Below are positions 40,097 to 50,985 of a stretch of DNA of 64,000 nt, piece by piece; within the stretch, counting starts at the first letter, position 1, and every line of letters begins with the position of its first letter. Origin of the DNA: Candidatus Multivorans sp. (GTDB taxonomy: Bacteria > Acidobacteriota > Thermoanaerobaculia > Multivoradales > Multivoraceae); NCBI GenBank assembly GCA_965247095.1, contig OZ251997.1, positions 2,432,001 through 2,496,000 on the forward strand, read 5' to 3'. A model generated the notes under the pieces. The model had not been told where the DNA came from. It did not search any database and saw only the letters and a list, made by a program, of their open reading frames with translations. A program made the translations under genes and the position numbers.

Positions 40097-40329
40097 GCCT
40101 GTGCCTGTTCGGCGACGAGGGCCGCCAGTTCCTCTCCCAGGGTTTCCTTGTGCCGCCGGATGATCCGCCGCTCTCGGTCTTCCTCGAGCAGGCGCTGTTC
40201 ACGAGCCACGTATCCGGCAAGAGCATCCCTCACCAGAGCGGAACGACTGGAGTAGCGATCAGGGATCGAGGCCAACTCATCGATACGGTCCAGCGTCTCT
40301 TCGTCGATGGTCACGGCTATTGTCTTCAT
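40093..40329 (-). CDS. CopG/RHH antitoxin
   Basis: MKTIAVTIDEETLDRID..SRSALVRDALAGY. Confidence 0.85.
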   Translation of the reverse strand: MKTIAVTIDEETLDRIDELASIPDRYSSRSALVRDALAGYVAREQRLLEEDRERRIIRRHKETLGEELAALVAEQAQA

Positions 40330-40404
40330 ATTGGGAACAGTATTGGCATGAGGCAAGCCGTGTCAATATCGGCAGCCTCGCCGGGCCACCGCCGTGACCG
40401 CTGC

Positions 40405-41049
40405 CGTCTACCGTGGCCACAGGTCGAGGCCACCGTTCGGACGATCGAGAACGGCAGTTGGAGCAGCCTGTGGTTCTCGGACCACTTTCTGCCGCCGGGC
40501 GATCCCAGTTCCGAGCACAAGTCGGCGCTCGAGGTCTGGACGTTGATCACCGCGGCGGCGGTGCTGACCGAGCGATTGCGGCTGGGAACACTCGCCTGCG
40601 GCATCACCTACCGCAATCCGGCACTGCTGGCGAAGATATGCGCCAGCGTCGACCACATCAGCGGCGGACGCATGGAACTGGGGATCGGCGCCGCCTGGTT
40701 CGAGCGTGAGCACCAGGCCTACGGCTGGGACTTCCCCAGTGTTCGCGAGCGCTGCGATCGCCTGGAGGAGACGGCTCAGCTCATCCGTCTGCTGTTCACC
40801 AAGAAGGACGACGAGAAGGTCACGTTCGAGGGGCGCCACTACCGCCTGGACGAAGCGCCCCTCGCGCCGGGTTCGACCAGGCCGCGTTCTACCCGAAAGC
40901 CCCACATCCCGATCCTGATCGGCGGCAACGGCGAGAAGCGGACGCTTCGCACATGCGCCCGTTACTCGAGGCAGGCGCCGAGGAGATCATCCTGTGCGGC
41001 GTCCCCAACCAGCCGGAGGCGTGGCAACAGATCGACCAGGAGATCCTGA
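40405..41049 (+). pseudogene. LLM-class (F420-type) oxidoreductase, 5'-truncated with C-terminal deletion
   Basis: WFSDHF, RLRLGTL..YRNPALLAK..VDHISGGRMELGIGAAW, PILIGGNGEKRTLR; no credible start. Confidence 0.8.
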
Positions 41050-41122
41050 CCGCGTTCGATTGAGACCGCTCGGGCTAGACTCGCCCCAATCCCCCGGACT
41101 CCCACCAGGCAAGGAAGATCCC

Positions 41123-42487
41123 ATGAAGCACCGTCTCTCCATCCTCGTTCCCGGCCTCGTGCTCCTCGCCAGCGCGGTCGTCGCGGCGCCGGCAGCCAAC
41201 AACGCGGCAGATCCCTCTACGGTGACCTGGTCGGACCACGTCGCTCCGATCCTGCACGAGAACTGCGTGAGTTGTCATCGACCCGGACAGACGGCGCCCA
41301 TGTCGCTCTTGACCTACGACGAGACCCGCCCCTGGGCGAAGTCGATCCGCCGGGTCGTCACCGAGCGCTCCATGCCACCGTGGTTCGCGAGCCCGGAGCA
41401 CGGGGAGTTCGTGGAGGACCCGAGCCTCACCGACGCCGAGATCGAGACGTTGAGCCGTTGGGTGGCCGCGGGCGCTCCGTCCGGTGACCTCTCACAGGCG
41501 CCGGCGCCTCCCAGCTTCTCTTCGGACTGGAAGCTCGGTACGCCGGACGCCGTCTACACGGGACCGGAGTTCCAGGTCTCCGACGACATCGAGGATCACT
41601 ACGAGTGGCTCCAGGTGGACAACCCGGTCAACGAAGAACGCTGGATCAAGGCGATCGAGATCCACCCCGGGTTCGTCGAAGCGGTGCATCACCAGTTGAC
41701 CTACCTCGCGCCGCCCGACGCCACACTCGCCGGCGTACAGAGCCGGACGGGAAGTCTGGACCTCACCTTCGTGAGCGGCTGGGGACCCGGTGTTGCGCCG
41801 CTTCAGTTTGCCGAAGGGCACGGGATGCGCATGCCGCCGAACAGCACGCTGCTCTTCCAGATGCACTACCACAAGACTCCGGGCGCGGGCACCGGCGGCA
41901 CCGACCAGACCACCATGGGCCTCTACTTCCACGACGAGAAGCCCGAGAACGTGGTGGAGACGTTGTGGCTGGTGGATCCGGCGCTGAACATTCCGGCGGG
42001 CGACAGCAACTACCAGTCGTGGTCTTCGTACACCACCGAGCACGAGGCGGTGCTCTTCGACTTCACGCCTCACATGCACCTGCGCGGCAAGACGATGAGG
42101 TTCACGGCCGAGTACCCCGACGGCGGGAAGGACATTCTGCTCGACGTACCGAAGTACGACTTCAACTGGCAGCTCACCTACACGCCGACAGAGCCCAAGG
42201 TGATTCCAGCCGGCACGACCATTCGCGTCGACGCTACGTTCGACAACTCGGCCGACAACCTGGCGAACCCCGATCCGACGGCGGACGTGATGTGGGGCGA
42301 GGCGACGACCGACGAGATGATGGTCGGCTTCATCCACTACACGTTCACCGACACGAGCCGGCAGACCGACATGCCCACCTTCATCGTGCCCGATGCGCTG
42401 AAGGTGCAGATGCAGCAACTGCGCGAGTTCCGGCAGAAGCAGAAGGAAGCGAAAGCAGCGGCCACTGAGAGCAGCGGCGGTCGCTGA
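41123..42487 (+). CDS. Secreted cytochrome c (CxxCH) + copper type II ascorbate-dependent monooxygenase-like protein
   Basis: CVSCHRPG, MPPW, VHH, QMHY, PHMHLRGK, YDFNWQ, DEMM. Confidence 0.8.
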   Translation: MKHRLSILVPGLVLLASAVVAAPAANNAADPSTVTWSDHVAPILHENCVSCHRPGQTAPMSLLTYDETRPWAKSIRRVVTERSMPPWFASPEHGEFVEDPSLTDAEIETLSRWVAAGAPSGDLSQAPAPPSFSSDWKLGTPDAVYTGPEFQVSDDIEDHYEWLQVDNPVNEERWIKAIEIHPGFVEAVHHQLTYLAPPDATLAGVQSRTGSLDLTFVSGWGPGVAPLQFAEGHGMRMPPNSTLLFQMHYHKTPGAGTGGTDQTTMGLYFHDEKPENVVETLWLVDPALNIPAGDSNYQSWSSYTTEHEAVLFDFTPHMHLRGKTMRFTAEYPDGGKDILLDVPKYDFNWQLTYTPTEPKVIPAGTTIRVDATFDNSADNLANPDPTADVMWGEATTDEMMVGFIHYTFTDTSRQTDMPTFIVPDALKVQMQQLREFRQKQKEAKAAATESSGGR

Positions 42488-42552
42488 TTCCGTCGGCCGT
42501 CAGGTAGCGAGAGGCGACGCGCTCAGCGACGCCTGCGGCGGGCCCGGCGACG

Positions 42553-42770
42553 TCAGTCGTCCAGTACGCCATAGGTCCCGTCGAGAATCAGGCGAACGGA
42601 TACGAACAGCCCTACCAGGGGACGAGTATCCACACCGAGTTGGGCGCCCACACCCAGACCCATCGCTCCACCCTGCCGAGGGATTCGTGTCCCTTGGCCA
42701 CGTAGAAGCTCACCATGTAGAGCGAGCTCACGTAGACCCATTGCCAGAACAGCGCAATATCGCCGCCTGG
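42553..42770 (-). pseudogene. Membrane protein C-terminal remnant (EXPERA/EBP-like?)
   Basis: LFWQWVYVSSLYMVSFYV..WAPNSVWILVP, frameshift, LVGLFVSVRLILDG. Confidence 0.35.
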
Positions 42771-42943
42771 GCGTCAACGGTCAGGGTGCGGCGCGAAGTG
42801 AATCCCCAGCGGAGGTTCACCAGGCCGCTCAAGACCAGCCGATGCCGCTCGTGGTCGTCGGCGTTGAGCCCTGACGTGGCCGACTTCGGCCTTTCCGCAC
42901 GGACCACCGCTAACATTTACTCATATGCGCTAAGAATTGTCCC

Positions 42944-42972
42944 TTGACTGCCAAGGTGTACCCCCCTAACGT
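42944..42972 (+). promoter_or_regulatory. sigma70-like promoter of TonB receptor
   Basis: TTGACT-17-TAACGT; RBS GAGGG before ATG 43010. Confidence 0.5.
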
Positions 42973-43009
42973 AGCCGCCGCCCACCAACGTCGTTAGAAA
43001 GAGGGAAGT

Positions 43010-45829
43010 ATGAAGTCATCTCCTAGTTCCACCGCGATGAGTCTTCTCGCCTTGGCCATCCTGGTCCTTGTGGCAGCGACGGCGGCCTACGCCCAGAACG
43101 TCGGAACGGTACGCGGAACGGTGCGCTCGCCGGATGGCGACGCGCTGCCAGGAGTGCTGGTACAGGTGACGGGCGACGTTGTGCGTGGTGAGCGCACTTC
43201 GATGACCGGCGCCACCGGCGAGTGGTTGATCCCCGGGCTCCCGCCGGGGACGGTGACCGTGACCGCGACCCTCGAAGGGCTGGACACCGAGACGGTCGAA
43301 GGGGTGCGCGTCTCCATCTCCGGCGTCGCCAGCGTCAACTTGACGATGCGTCCCGAGCAACTCGAAGAGGCGATCACGGTGACCTCGGAGGCGCCGGTCC
43401 TCGATGTGACGAGCTCCTCGGCCAGCGTCAGCTACTCCGAAGATCTCATCGATGCGAAGCCGACGACCCAGCGCAACTTCCAGGAGCTCGCCCTGATGGC
43501 CCCCGGCATGAGCATGCCCGGTCGCCTCGGAAACGTCGGCGCCTACGCGGGGCACCCCACGGCCTACGGTCGAGATCAAGCCTCGGTGGCCTGGAACGTC
43601 GATGGACTCGACGGCAGCTTCCCGGACAACGGCAACATCTTCGGTGGCTGGACCGATCCCGACACCATCGCGGAAGTCCAGGTTCTCGGCGTCGGCGCCC
43701 CGGCGGAGTACGGCAACATGACGGCAGCCGCGGTCAACGTCGTCTCCAAGTCGGGAACCAACACCTTCCACGGGCGCTTTTCCCACACCGGTGAGTTCGA
43801 GAACACCACCTCCACGGGACCCAGGACCGAGAACGCGGCCGGGGAAGAGCAGGGCTTCATGAGAGACACCTTCGAGAACAACAGCCTGTGGGCGGGCGGG
43901 CCATTGAAGAGGGACAAGCTGTTCTTCTTCGCCGCGGCCACGACCAAGGAAGACCTGCTGATCGAGCCGGGCGAGATTGCGGATTTCATCCGCAGCGACA
44001 AAGCCACGCACACCAGCCTGAAGCTCGACTGGTCGATCAATGACTCGAATACGCTGACGGCTCACGGCCGCCACGAGGACCTGGAGATCCACTCGGGCGG
44101 CTCTGGCACCCTCAAGACGAACCCGGGCGCCTTCAGCCGCGAGTTCGAGGAGGTCCCCTATTGGCGCATCGGCTTTCAGTCGGTGGTAGGTAGCAACACC
44201 GTGCTCGAGGCCAACTTCTCCGACACCATCAACAAGGACCGCAACGTCTCGGCGACCGGCAGCCTGGAGCCGCCCCTCATCGACTACACGACGCCTATTC
44301 CGACACATAGCGGCGGCCCCACCTATCCCTACCTCTACCCCGTGTGGTGGCAGCGCGGCCATGTCAAGGTGACCCACTTCGCCGACGATCTGAACGGCAG
44401 CCACGAGTTCAAATTCGGTTTCCAGTACAGCAATACCGGCGAGCAGGCCGGGGCTGTCTATCCCGGTTTCGGCGGCAAGTACTACTACAAGTTCGGGGCG
44501 AACTACTACCAATACTCCCGCGCCGCGCACTACTACGGCGGCGACTCGGAGGCTATCGGGGTCTACGTGGACGACTCGTGGCGCATCACCGACAGGCTGA
44601 CGCTGCATCTCGGCGTACGCGCCGACCAGGACAAGGGCGAGATTCCCTCTGAACCGATCCTCGAGTCCTACCTCTGTAGTGAGCTCAACTGCGGCGTGAC
44701 CACCGGAGAGTTCACGCCCTTCTATGGCGACGTCATCGACTATTCGAGCGTCGACCCGCGTCTCGGGATCGCCTACCAGGTCGGCGAGGGGGACCGGCAA
44801 GGGGTCCTGCGGGCTTCCGTCGGCAGATACCACGAGATGAACGTCGTTTCCATGTGGAACCAGCCGCACCCCAACCGGCCGTCCGCGCACTTCGGCTACA
44901 GCCCCAACCGCTACGGCCCCTTCACCGTCTTCAACACGGTCGACAACGACGACTTCGATCTACCGGTCAAGGGGATGAAGCGGCCGCAGACCGACGAGTT
45001 CGCCCTCGGCTACGAACAGCAGCTCGGTGAGTACGCCCTCGGTGCTCAGCTCGTCGTCACCGACACGACCGACCTGATCGGCTGGCAGATCCAGGGCGAC
45101 GGCCTCTACGAGGATGTTCCCTACGTCAACCCCTTGACGGGCGAGACGATCACGCTCAAGAACCTCGTCACACAGCCGACCCTGCGCAAGGCCAACGACC
45201 CCGGCGCGGCGGCCAACGTCCCACCGGGAACGAAGTTCGAGCAGGATTACACTGGCGTTTTTCTCACCTTCCGCAAGCGCCACACCGGCCGCTGGTCTCT
45301 CGACTCGTCGCTGGGCTGGTCGGAGTCGAAGGGAGTGCAGCCTCGTCCGCTCAACCAGAACGGGAACAATGCCTTCTACACCAGCTCGGAAGGCAGGGAT
45401 CCCAACCATCATCTCTACCAGGGAGGCTTCTCCCAGGGCGACCGGCCGTGGGTGTTTCGGGCTCAGGGAATGGTCGACCTGCCCTGGCAGCTCAAGGCGG
45501 CCGGCGTTCTCAACTATGAGCAAGGCCGCCCGTGGCGGCACTCGGCGCGCGTACGCCTGGACCAGGGCGTGGTGCAAGTGCCCCTCGAGCCGTACACCGG
45601 CGACCGCCGCATGCCGGACAAGACCTTCATCGACCTCGCTCTGTCGCGGCAGTTCCCGCTCGGCGATCGCGTCAAGCTCGGCGTCGACCTGCAGTTGATG
45701 AACATCTTGAACGACGACGGCTTCTACTACTGGTCAAACGCAAGCCTGGGGCGCTATCCCAGGGAACCCGTACCCAACCTCTACTACCTGCCCCGGCGGA
45801 TGTCGCTGCGAATCAGTTTGCGGTTCTAG
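43010..45829 (+). CDS. TonB-dependent receptor (Oar-like, CarboxypepD_reg N-domain)
   Basis: GTVRGTV..ALPGV.V; RNFQELALMAPG; PAEYG..VNVVSKSGTNTFHG; YVDDSWR; PRLGIAY; C-terminal LRF. Confidence 0.92.
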   Translation: MKSSPSSTAMSLLALAILVLVAATAAYAQNVGTVRGTVRSPDGDALPGVLVQVTGDVVRGERTSMTGATGEWLIPGLPPGTVTVTATLEGLDTETVEGVRVSISGVASVNLTMRPEQLEEAITVTSEAPVLDVTSSSASVSYSEDLIDAKPTTQRNFQELALMAPGMSMPGRLGNVGAYAGHPTAYGRDQASVAWNVDGLDGSFPDNGNIFGGWTDPDTIAEVQVLGVGAPAEYGNMTAAAVNVVSKSGTNTFHGRFSHTGEFENTTSTGPRTENAAGEEQGFMRDTFENNSLWAGGPLKRDKLFFFAAATTKEDLLIEPGEIADFIRSDKATHTSLKLDWSINDSNTLTAHGRHEDLEIHSGGSGTLKTNPGAFSREFEEVPYWRIGFQSVVGSNTVLEANFSDTINKDRNVSATGSLEPPLIDYTTPIPTHSGGPTYPYLYPVWWQRGHVKVTHFADDLNGSHEFKFGFQYSNTGEQAGAVYPGFGGKYYYKFGANYYQYSRAAHYYGGDSEAIGVYVDDSWRITDRLTLHLGVRADQDKGEIPSEPILESYLCSELNCGVTTGEFTPFYGDVIDYSSVDPRLGIAYQVGEGDRQGVLRASVGRYHEMNVVSMWNQPHPNRPSAHFGYSPNRYGPFTVFNTVDNDDFDLPVKGMKRPQTDEFALGYEQQLGEYALGAQLVVTDTTDLIGWQIQGDGLYEDVPYVNPLTGETITLKNLVTQPTLRKANDPGAAANVPPGTKFEQDYTGVFLTFRKRHTGRWSLDSSLGWSESKGVQPRPLNQNGNNAFYTSSEGRDPNHHLYQGGFSQGDRPWVFRAQGMVDLPWQLKAAGVLNYEQGRPWRHSARVRLDQGVVQVPLEPYTGDRRMPDKTFIDLALSRQFPLGDRVKLGVDLQLMNILNDDGFYYWSNASLGRYPREPVPNLYYLPRRMSLRISLRF

Positions 45830-45874
45830 TTCGTCGCTTCGGGAACAGGCGTCGGACCACAGCGACTACTGTCC

Positions 45875-46865
45875 TTGGCAGGTCGTGGCGTCCTGCTGGT
45901 CTGGGCTCTCGCCATGCCCCTCCAGGCCCAGCCGGACGGCGCGAGTCCGGACGAGCCGGCGGAACTGATCGCCAGGATCGAAGCGCCGCGCCAGCCGGGG
46001 TCGAGCGACGATGCCGGCAAGAGCCTCGCCGAACTCATGGAGACGCACGGCATCCCGGCACTCAGCCTCGCGGTCGTCGAGGACTACCGGCTGACTTGGG
46101 CCAAGGCCTACGGCGTAGCAGACGAAACAACCGGCGCCCGTGCCGACGTCGAGACTCTCTTCCAGGCCGCGTCGATCAGCAAGCCGCTGTCGGCCATGGC
46201 AGTTCTCCGAGCTGTTCAGGATGGACTCTTCGAGCTCGACGACGACATCAATTCGGTCCTTCGCTCCTGGCCGCTCGATGACGACGCCGAGCTGCTCGAA
46301 GAGATGCCGGTGACTCCACGGATGCTGCTGAGCATGACGGCGGGCACTACGGTCTCGGGGTTCCCCGGCTACAAGCCCGGCGCCGAGCTGCCGAGTCTCC
46401 CTGAGATCCTCGGACGTGAGGGTCAGACGACCCGCGCAAACACCGAGCCGGTGGTCGTTTCCTGGCAACCCGGCACGCGCTACGAGTACTCCGGAGGCGG
46501 TTCGACGATCCTGCAACTCGCTCTGAGCGACGTTCGGGAACGACCCTTTGAGGAGATCCTCCAGGAGACGATCCTCGAGCCACTCGACATGACACGCAGT
46601 TGCTACTGCCAACCGCTGCCGGCTGCACTCGAAGTGAACACGGCGCGCGCGGGCGGGTCGGACGCAGGCCAGGTCGGGGACGAGGGAGGGCCGTCTGCGA
46701 AATGGCAGGTGTACCCGGAGCTCTACGCCGCGGGGCTGTGGACGACCCCGACCGACCTGGCCAGGTTCCTGATCGAGGTCCAGCTCTCCCTGGAAGGCCG
46801 CTCGAACAGGATCCTGAGTACGGAGTTCACCCGAAAGATGGTGACGCCCGGAGGCGTTGGCCACT
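45875..46865 (+). pseudogene. Beta-lactamase-like serine hydrolase, C-terminally truncated
   Basis: FQAASISK (SxxK), YSGGG, AAGLWTTPTDLARF; ends at GHYAL before the HxG motif. Confidence 0.8.
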
Positions 46866-47370
46866 ACGCCCTCGCGCGGGTCGCAGCGCGCTTTGGCGGT
46901 TTCCACGTCAGTCACATGCGCGAGGAAGGCCTCGAACTCCTCGCCGCGGTCGAGGAGACCATCCGCATCGGCGAAGATGGCGGCTTGCCGACCCAACTGA
47001 CGCATCACAAGGTTGTCGGCGCTCCCATGTGGGGCGCCAGCGAACGATCGCTGGCCCTCGTCGACGCGGCGCGGACAAGGGGCGTCGATGTGACGATCGA
47101 CCAGTACCCGTACACGGCCTCGAGTACCTCGCTCTCGATTCTCTTTCCTGCCTCGGCCTTGCGGATCGCGGTCGTCTGGGGATAGGCGGCGCGGCCGACA
47201 TTGCCGTCTTCGCCATAGACGAAGTCGATGACCCCGCCGCATTCGGCGATCCGCACCACTACGCGAAGGGCGCGCGGCATGTGCTCGTGGGCGGTGTCTT
47301 CGTTCTGCTCGAGGGTGAGGTCACGGGCGCCCGGCCGGGACGTGCGCTGCGGCGAGACGGCTCCGGGCGC
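46866..47370 (+). pseudogene. N-acyl-D-amino-acid deacylase remnant (two pieces)
   Basis: SHMREEG..LTHHK..DQYPYTASST; frame jump; LGLADRGRL..ADIAVF..VTGARPGRAL. Confidence 0.8.
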
Positions 47371-47375
47371 AGCAG

Positions 47376-47720
47376 CGATGAGCTGCCCAGGGTCCACATC
47401 CTGGCGACCGGCGGCACAATCGCCAGTGCGCCTGAGAAGACGCTGACCGCATCCAATCTCGTCGAGGCGATGCCCGAGCTGGCTCGCGTAGCGGCGGTGA
47501 CCGGTGAGGACTGGAGTGCCATCGGCAGCTCTCAAGATGACGCCGGAGCTCCAGTTCTCGCTGGCGCAGCGCGTGAACGAACTCTTGGCGGGCGACACCT
47601 CGCTCAGCGGGGTCGTGATCACCCACGGCACCGATTCGCTCGAGGAAACCGAGTTCCTCGTCGATCTCCTGGTGGCGGACCCACGCCCGGTCGTGTTCGC
47701 CGCGGCGCAACGCTCCCCGC
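47376..47720 (+). pseudogene. Asparaginase N-terminal remnant (frameshifted)
   Basis: ILATGGTIAS and VITHGTDSLEET. Confidence 0.85.
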
Positions 47721-47742
47721 AGCGAGCGCGCCGGCCGCCGCT

Positions 47743-48250
47743 TCAGGTAGAAGACGCCGTCGTGGCGCTTCATCGTTTCGTAGCCTGCGACCATCGTCAC
47801 TGGATTGCCGTTGTAGGTGCCACCGTGGTGAACGAGTTCGCCGTCGCGGTGATCGAAGACGGACATCACTTCGGCCTTTCCGGCGACCGCACCGACGGGG
47901 AAGCCACCTCCGATGATCTTGCCGAGGGCTACCAGATCCGGCTCGATACCCAAGAGATGGCAGGCTCCGCGGTAGTCGATGCGAAACGAGAGAACCTCAT
48001 CCGCGATCAACAGAGCGCCGCACTCCCTCGTCTTGGCTCGCAGTGCCGACACGAACTCGGTGCTGGGCGGTATCAGCCCGAGCGCGGCGGGCAGAGGATC
48101 CAGGAGCACGGCTGCCAGATCGTCGCGGTGCTCGTCGATCAGATCGCTGCAGACCTCGATGTTGTTGAGCGGCAACGTCACGACATCCTTTTTAAGGCTT
48201 TTCGCCATGCTCGGTTCGAGCGTTGTTGCAGGCTTTTCCAAGTCACCCCA
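47743..48250 (-). pseudogene. Class III aminotransferase (GSA-aminomutase-like) internal remnant
   Basis: LLIADEVLSFR, PDLVALGKIIGGGFPVGA, HGGTYNGNP. Confidence 0.85.
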
Positions 48251-48269
48251 GTTCTTGGGGCGCGCGCCG

Positions 48270-50960
48270 CTGAGACCGACCCCGCCGATCTTGAGTTCTT
48301 CGAGTCGAAGATCAGGCCGGTCCTGGCCGAGCGCTGTTACGAGTGTCACGGCGGCGATCCGAAGAAGATCCGCGGCGGGCTGGTTCTACTCGATGCCGAG
48401 GGGCTGCGCGCCGGCGGCGACAGCGGCGCCGTGATCGTGCCCGGATCGCCCGAGGACAGCCTGCTCATCGAGGCGCTCCACTACGAGGGGCTCACGCAGA
48501 TGCCGCCCGACGGCAAGCTGCCGCAGCAGGTCATCGCCGACTTCGAGCTGTGGATCCGCCGCGGCGCTCCCGATCCGCGCACCGGCGTCGAGCGGACGGC
48601 GATCGCAGCGAGCCGGCCAGCCGAGTCGTTCGACTACACCGCCGGCCGCGAGCATTGGGCCTACCGCCGGATCGCAGATCCCGCACCGCCCGAGGTCGAG
48701 AACGAGGCGTGGATCAGCCGGCCGATCGACCGCTTCATCCTGGCGCGACTCGAGGAGAAGGGCCTTGCGCCAGTGGCCGCGGCCGACAAACCCACCCTGC
48801 TCCGCCGCGCCACCTTCGATCTCATCGGCTTGGCCCCGTCGGAAGCCGAGATCGAAGATTTCCTCGCCGACCAGGGCCCCGACGCCTTCGGCAGGGTCGT
48901 CGACCGGCTCCTCGCCTCGCCGCACTACGGCGAGCGCTGGGGCCGCCATTGGCTCGACATCGCCCGCTATGCCGACTCGAACGGCCTTGACGAGAACATG
49001 GCCTTCCGCAACGCGTTCCGCTAGCGCGACTACGTCGTCGATTCCTTCAATCGCGACAAGCCCTTCGATCGTTTCGTCCACGAACAGATCGCCGGCGACC
49101 TGATGCCGGCCGAGACGGACGCGCAGCGCTTCGAGCAGATCACCGCCACCGGCTTTCTGATGCTCGGTCCCAAGGTGCTCGCCGAGCAGGATGTCGACAA
49201 GATGCTCATCGACATCGTCGACGAGCAGGTCAACACCGTGGGCCGCGCCTTTCTCGCCCTGCCAGTCGGCTGCGCCCGCTGCCACGACCACAAGTTCGAC
49301 CCCATCCCCACGGCCGACTACTACGCTCTGGCCGGCATCCTGCGCTCCACCGAGACCATGAGCGACGCCGGCGCCATGCGTTGGCTGGAGCGGCCCCTGG
49401 CCCCGGAAGAGGCGATCGCCCGGTACGAGGCGGCGCAGGAACTCGTTGCCGAGGCGCGAGAGAAGGTCGACGAGGTGGTCCGGGAGCACAACGACGTCCT
49501 GCGCCGTCCGCGCCGCGCTGCCGTCGCCCGGTATCTGCTGGCCGCTGAGGAGGCCTACCCGAGCTGGAGCGATGACGCAGCGAACCAGGAGAGGGCCAGG
49601 GAGACCATCGCCCGAGTCGCCCGGAGCCGAGACCTGGAACCGGCGGTACTCGAGCGCTGGGTCAGGGCCTTCTACCGCTACCGGGAGGGCCCGCCGGTCC
49701 AGGGGGACGGCGCGAACCCGAGTGTCGTCTTCGTGATCTGGAACGCCTACGCCGCCGCAACTCCTGATCGCTACGAGCAGGTGACTGAGGAGCTACGGTC
49801 GATGATCGCCTCGGAGAAGGTGCTGACAGCGCCCTTGACCCGGGGCCTGGTGCGCGGGCCGGCGCCGAAGACGTTGGAGGAGGTCGCCTGGCGCTATACC
49901 AGCCTCTTCGCGACGATCGAGATCGCCTGGGAACAGCACCTCATGCGACTCGGGCTCAAGGACGAGGACGAACTCGCGCCCTCGGACTTCGTTCTTCCGA
50001 CCGAGCAGGAGGAGCTGCGGCGGCTGGTCTACCAGGGCTACCTGTGCATTCTCTGCCTCGATCGGGACGAGGAAGAGAAGCTCTACCCGGCAGGGGCATT
50101 GAACCGGCTCGCCGAGTTGCGCGCCGAAGTCGAACGGTTGAAAGAAGCCTCGCCGCCCGAGCCGCCGTACGCCATGGCGGTGGACGAGGGCGCGGTCGTC
50201 GACCTGCCGGTGCACATCCGCGGCAGCCACCTGAACCTCGCGGAGGAACCGGAGCCCTGAGGCTTCCTGAAGGTCACGGACCATCTGGCGCCGCCGCCGC
50301 CGGTGGCCGCCGATGCCAGCGGCCGGCTCGAGCTGGCGCGCTGGATCACCCACCCCGAGCACCCGCTCACCGCACGAGTCATCGTCAACCGCGTCTGGCG
50401 CTGGCACTTCGGCCGCGGCATCGGCGCGACGCCGAGTAATTTCGGCGCCATCGGCAGCGCTCCCACCCATCCCCAGCTCCTCGACTGGCTGGCGCGCCGC
50501 TTCGTCGAAGGCGGTTGGTCGCTGAAGAAGCTGCACCGCGACATCATGCTGTCGAGCACCTATCGACTGTCGACCGACTACGACGCCGGCAACGCCGCCG
50601 TCGACGAGGAGAACCTCCTCCTCTGGCGCATGAACCGCCGACGCCTCGAGATCGAGCCGATCCGCGACGGTGGTGCCGCGGCAGGCCCTCCTGATGATGA
50701 ACAGCCCCCTCGTGGAGGAGGCGGCGCGCGGCTTCGCCGAGCGGCTCCTGGAGATCGAAGACGCGAGCGCCAGCGGGCGCGTTGACACCGCCTTCGTCCG
50801 TGCCTACGGGCGCCCCGCCAGCACCGTCGAGGTCGCCGACAGCCTCGCTTTCCTCGACGAGATGCGAAGCCTTGCGCCGGTAGACGAGGCGGAGATCTAC
50901 GCCTGGACACGGCTATGCCACGTCATTCTTGCGGCGAGCGAATTCATTTACATCAACTAG
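48270..50960 (+). pseudogene. Planctomycete cytochrome c + DUF1549/DUF1553 protein
   Basis: FFESKIRPVLAERCYECH; SPHYGERWGRHWLDIARYAD; CARCHDHKFDPI; [13 protein letters not shown]; no start, TAG 49022, TGA 50258, deletion/frameshift ~50668. Confidence 0.88.
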
Positions 50961-50985
50961 GTTCCAGACCAAGGACTTCCAGACG

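Noticed and set aside
38825-40255. 476-aa ICL fusion protein
   Set aside because: Product of the 19-nt duplication frameshift reading antisense through mazF
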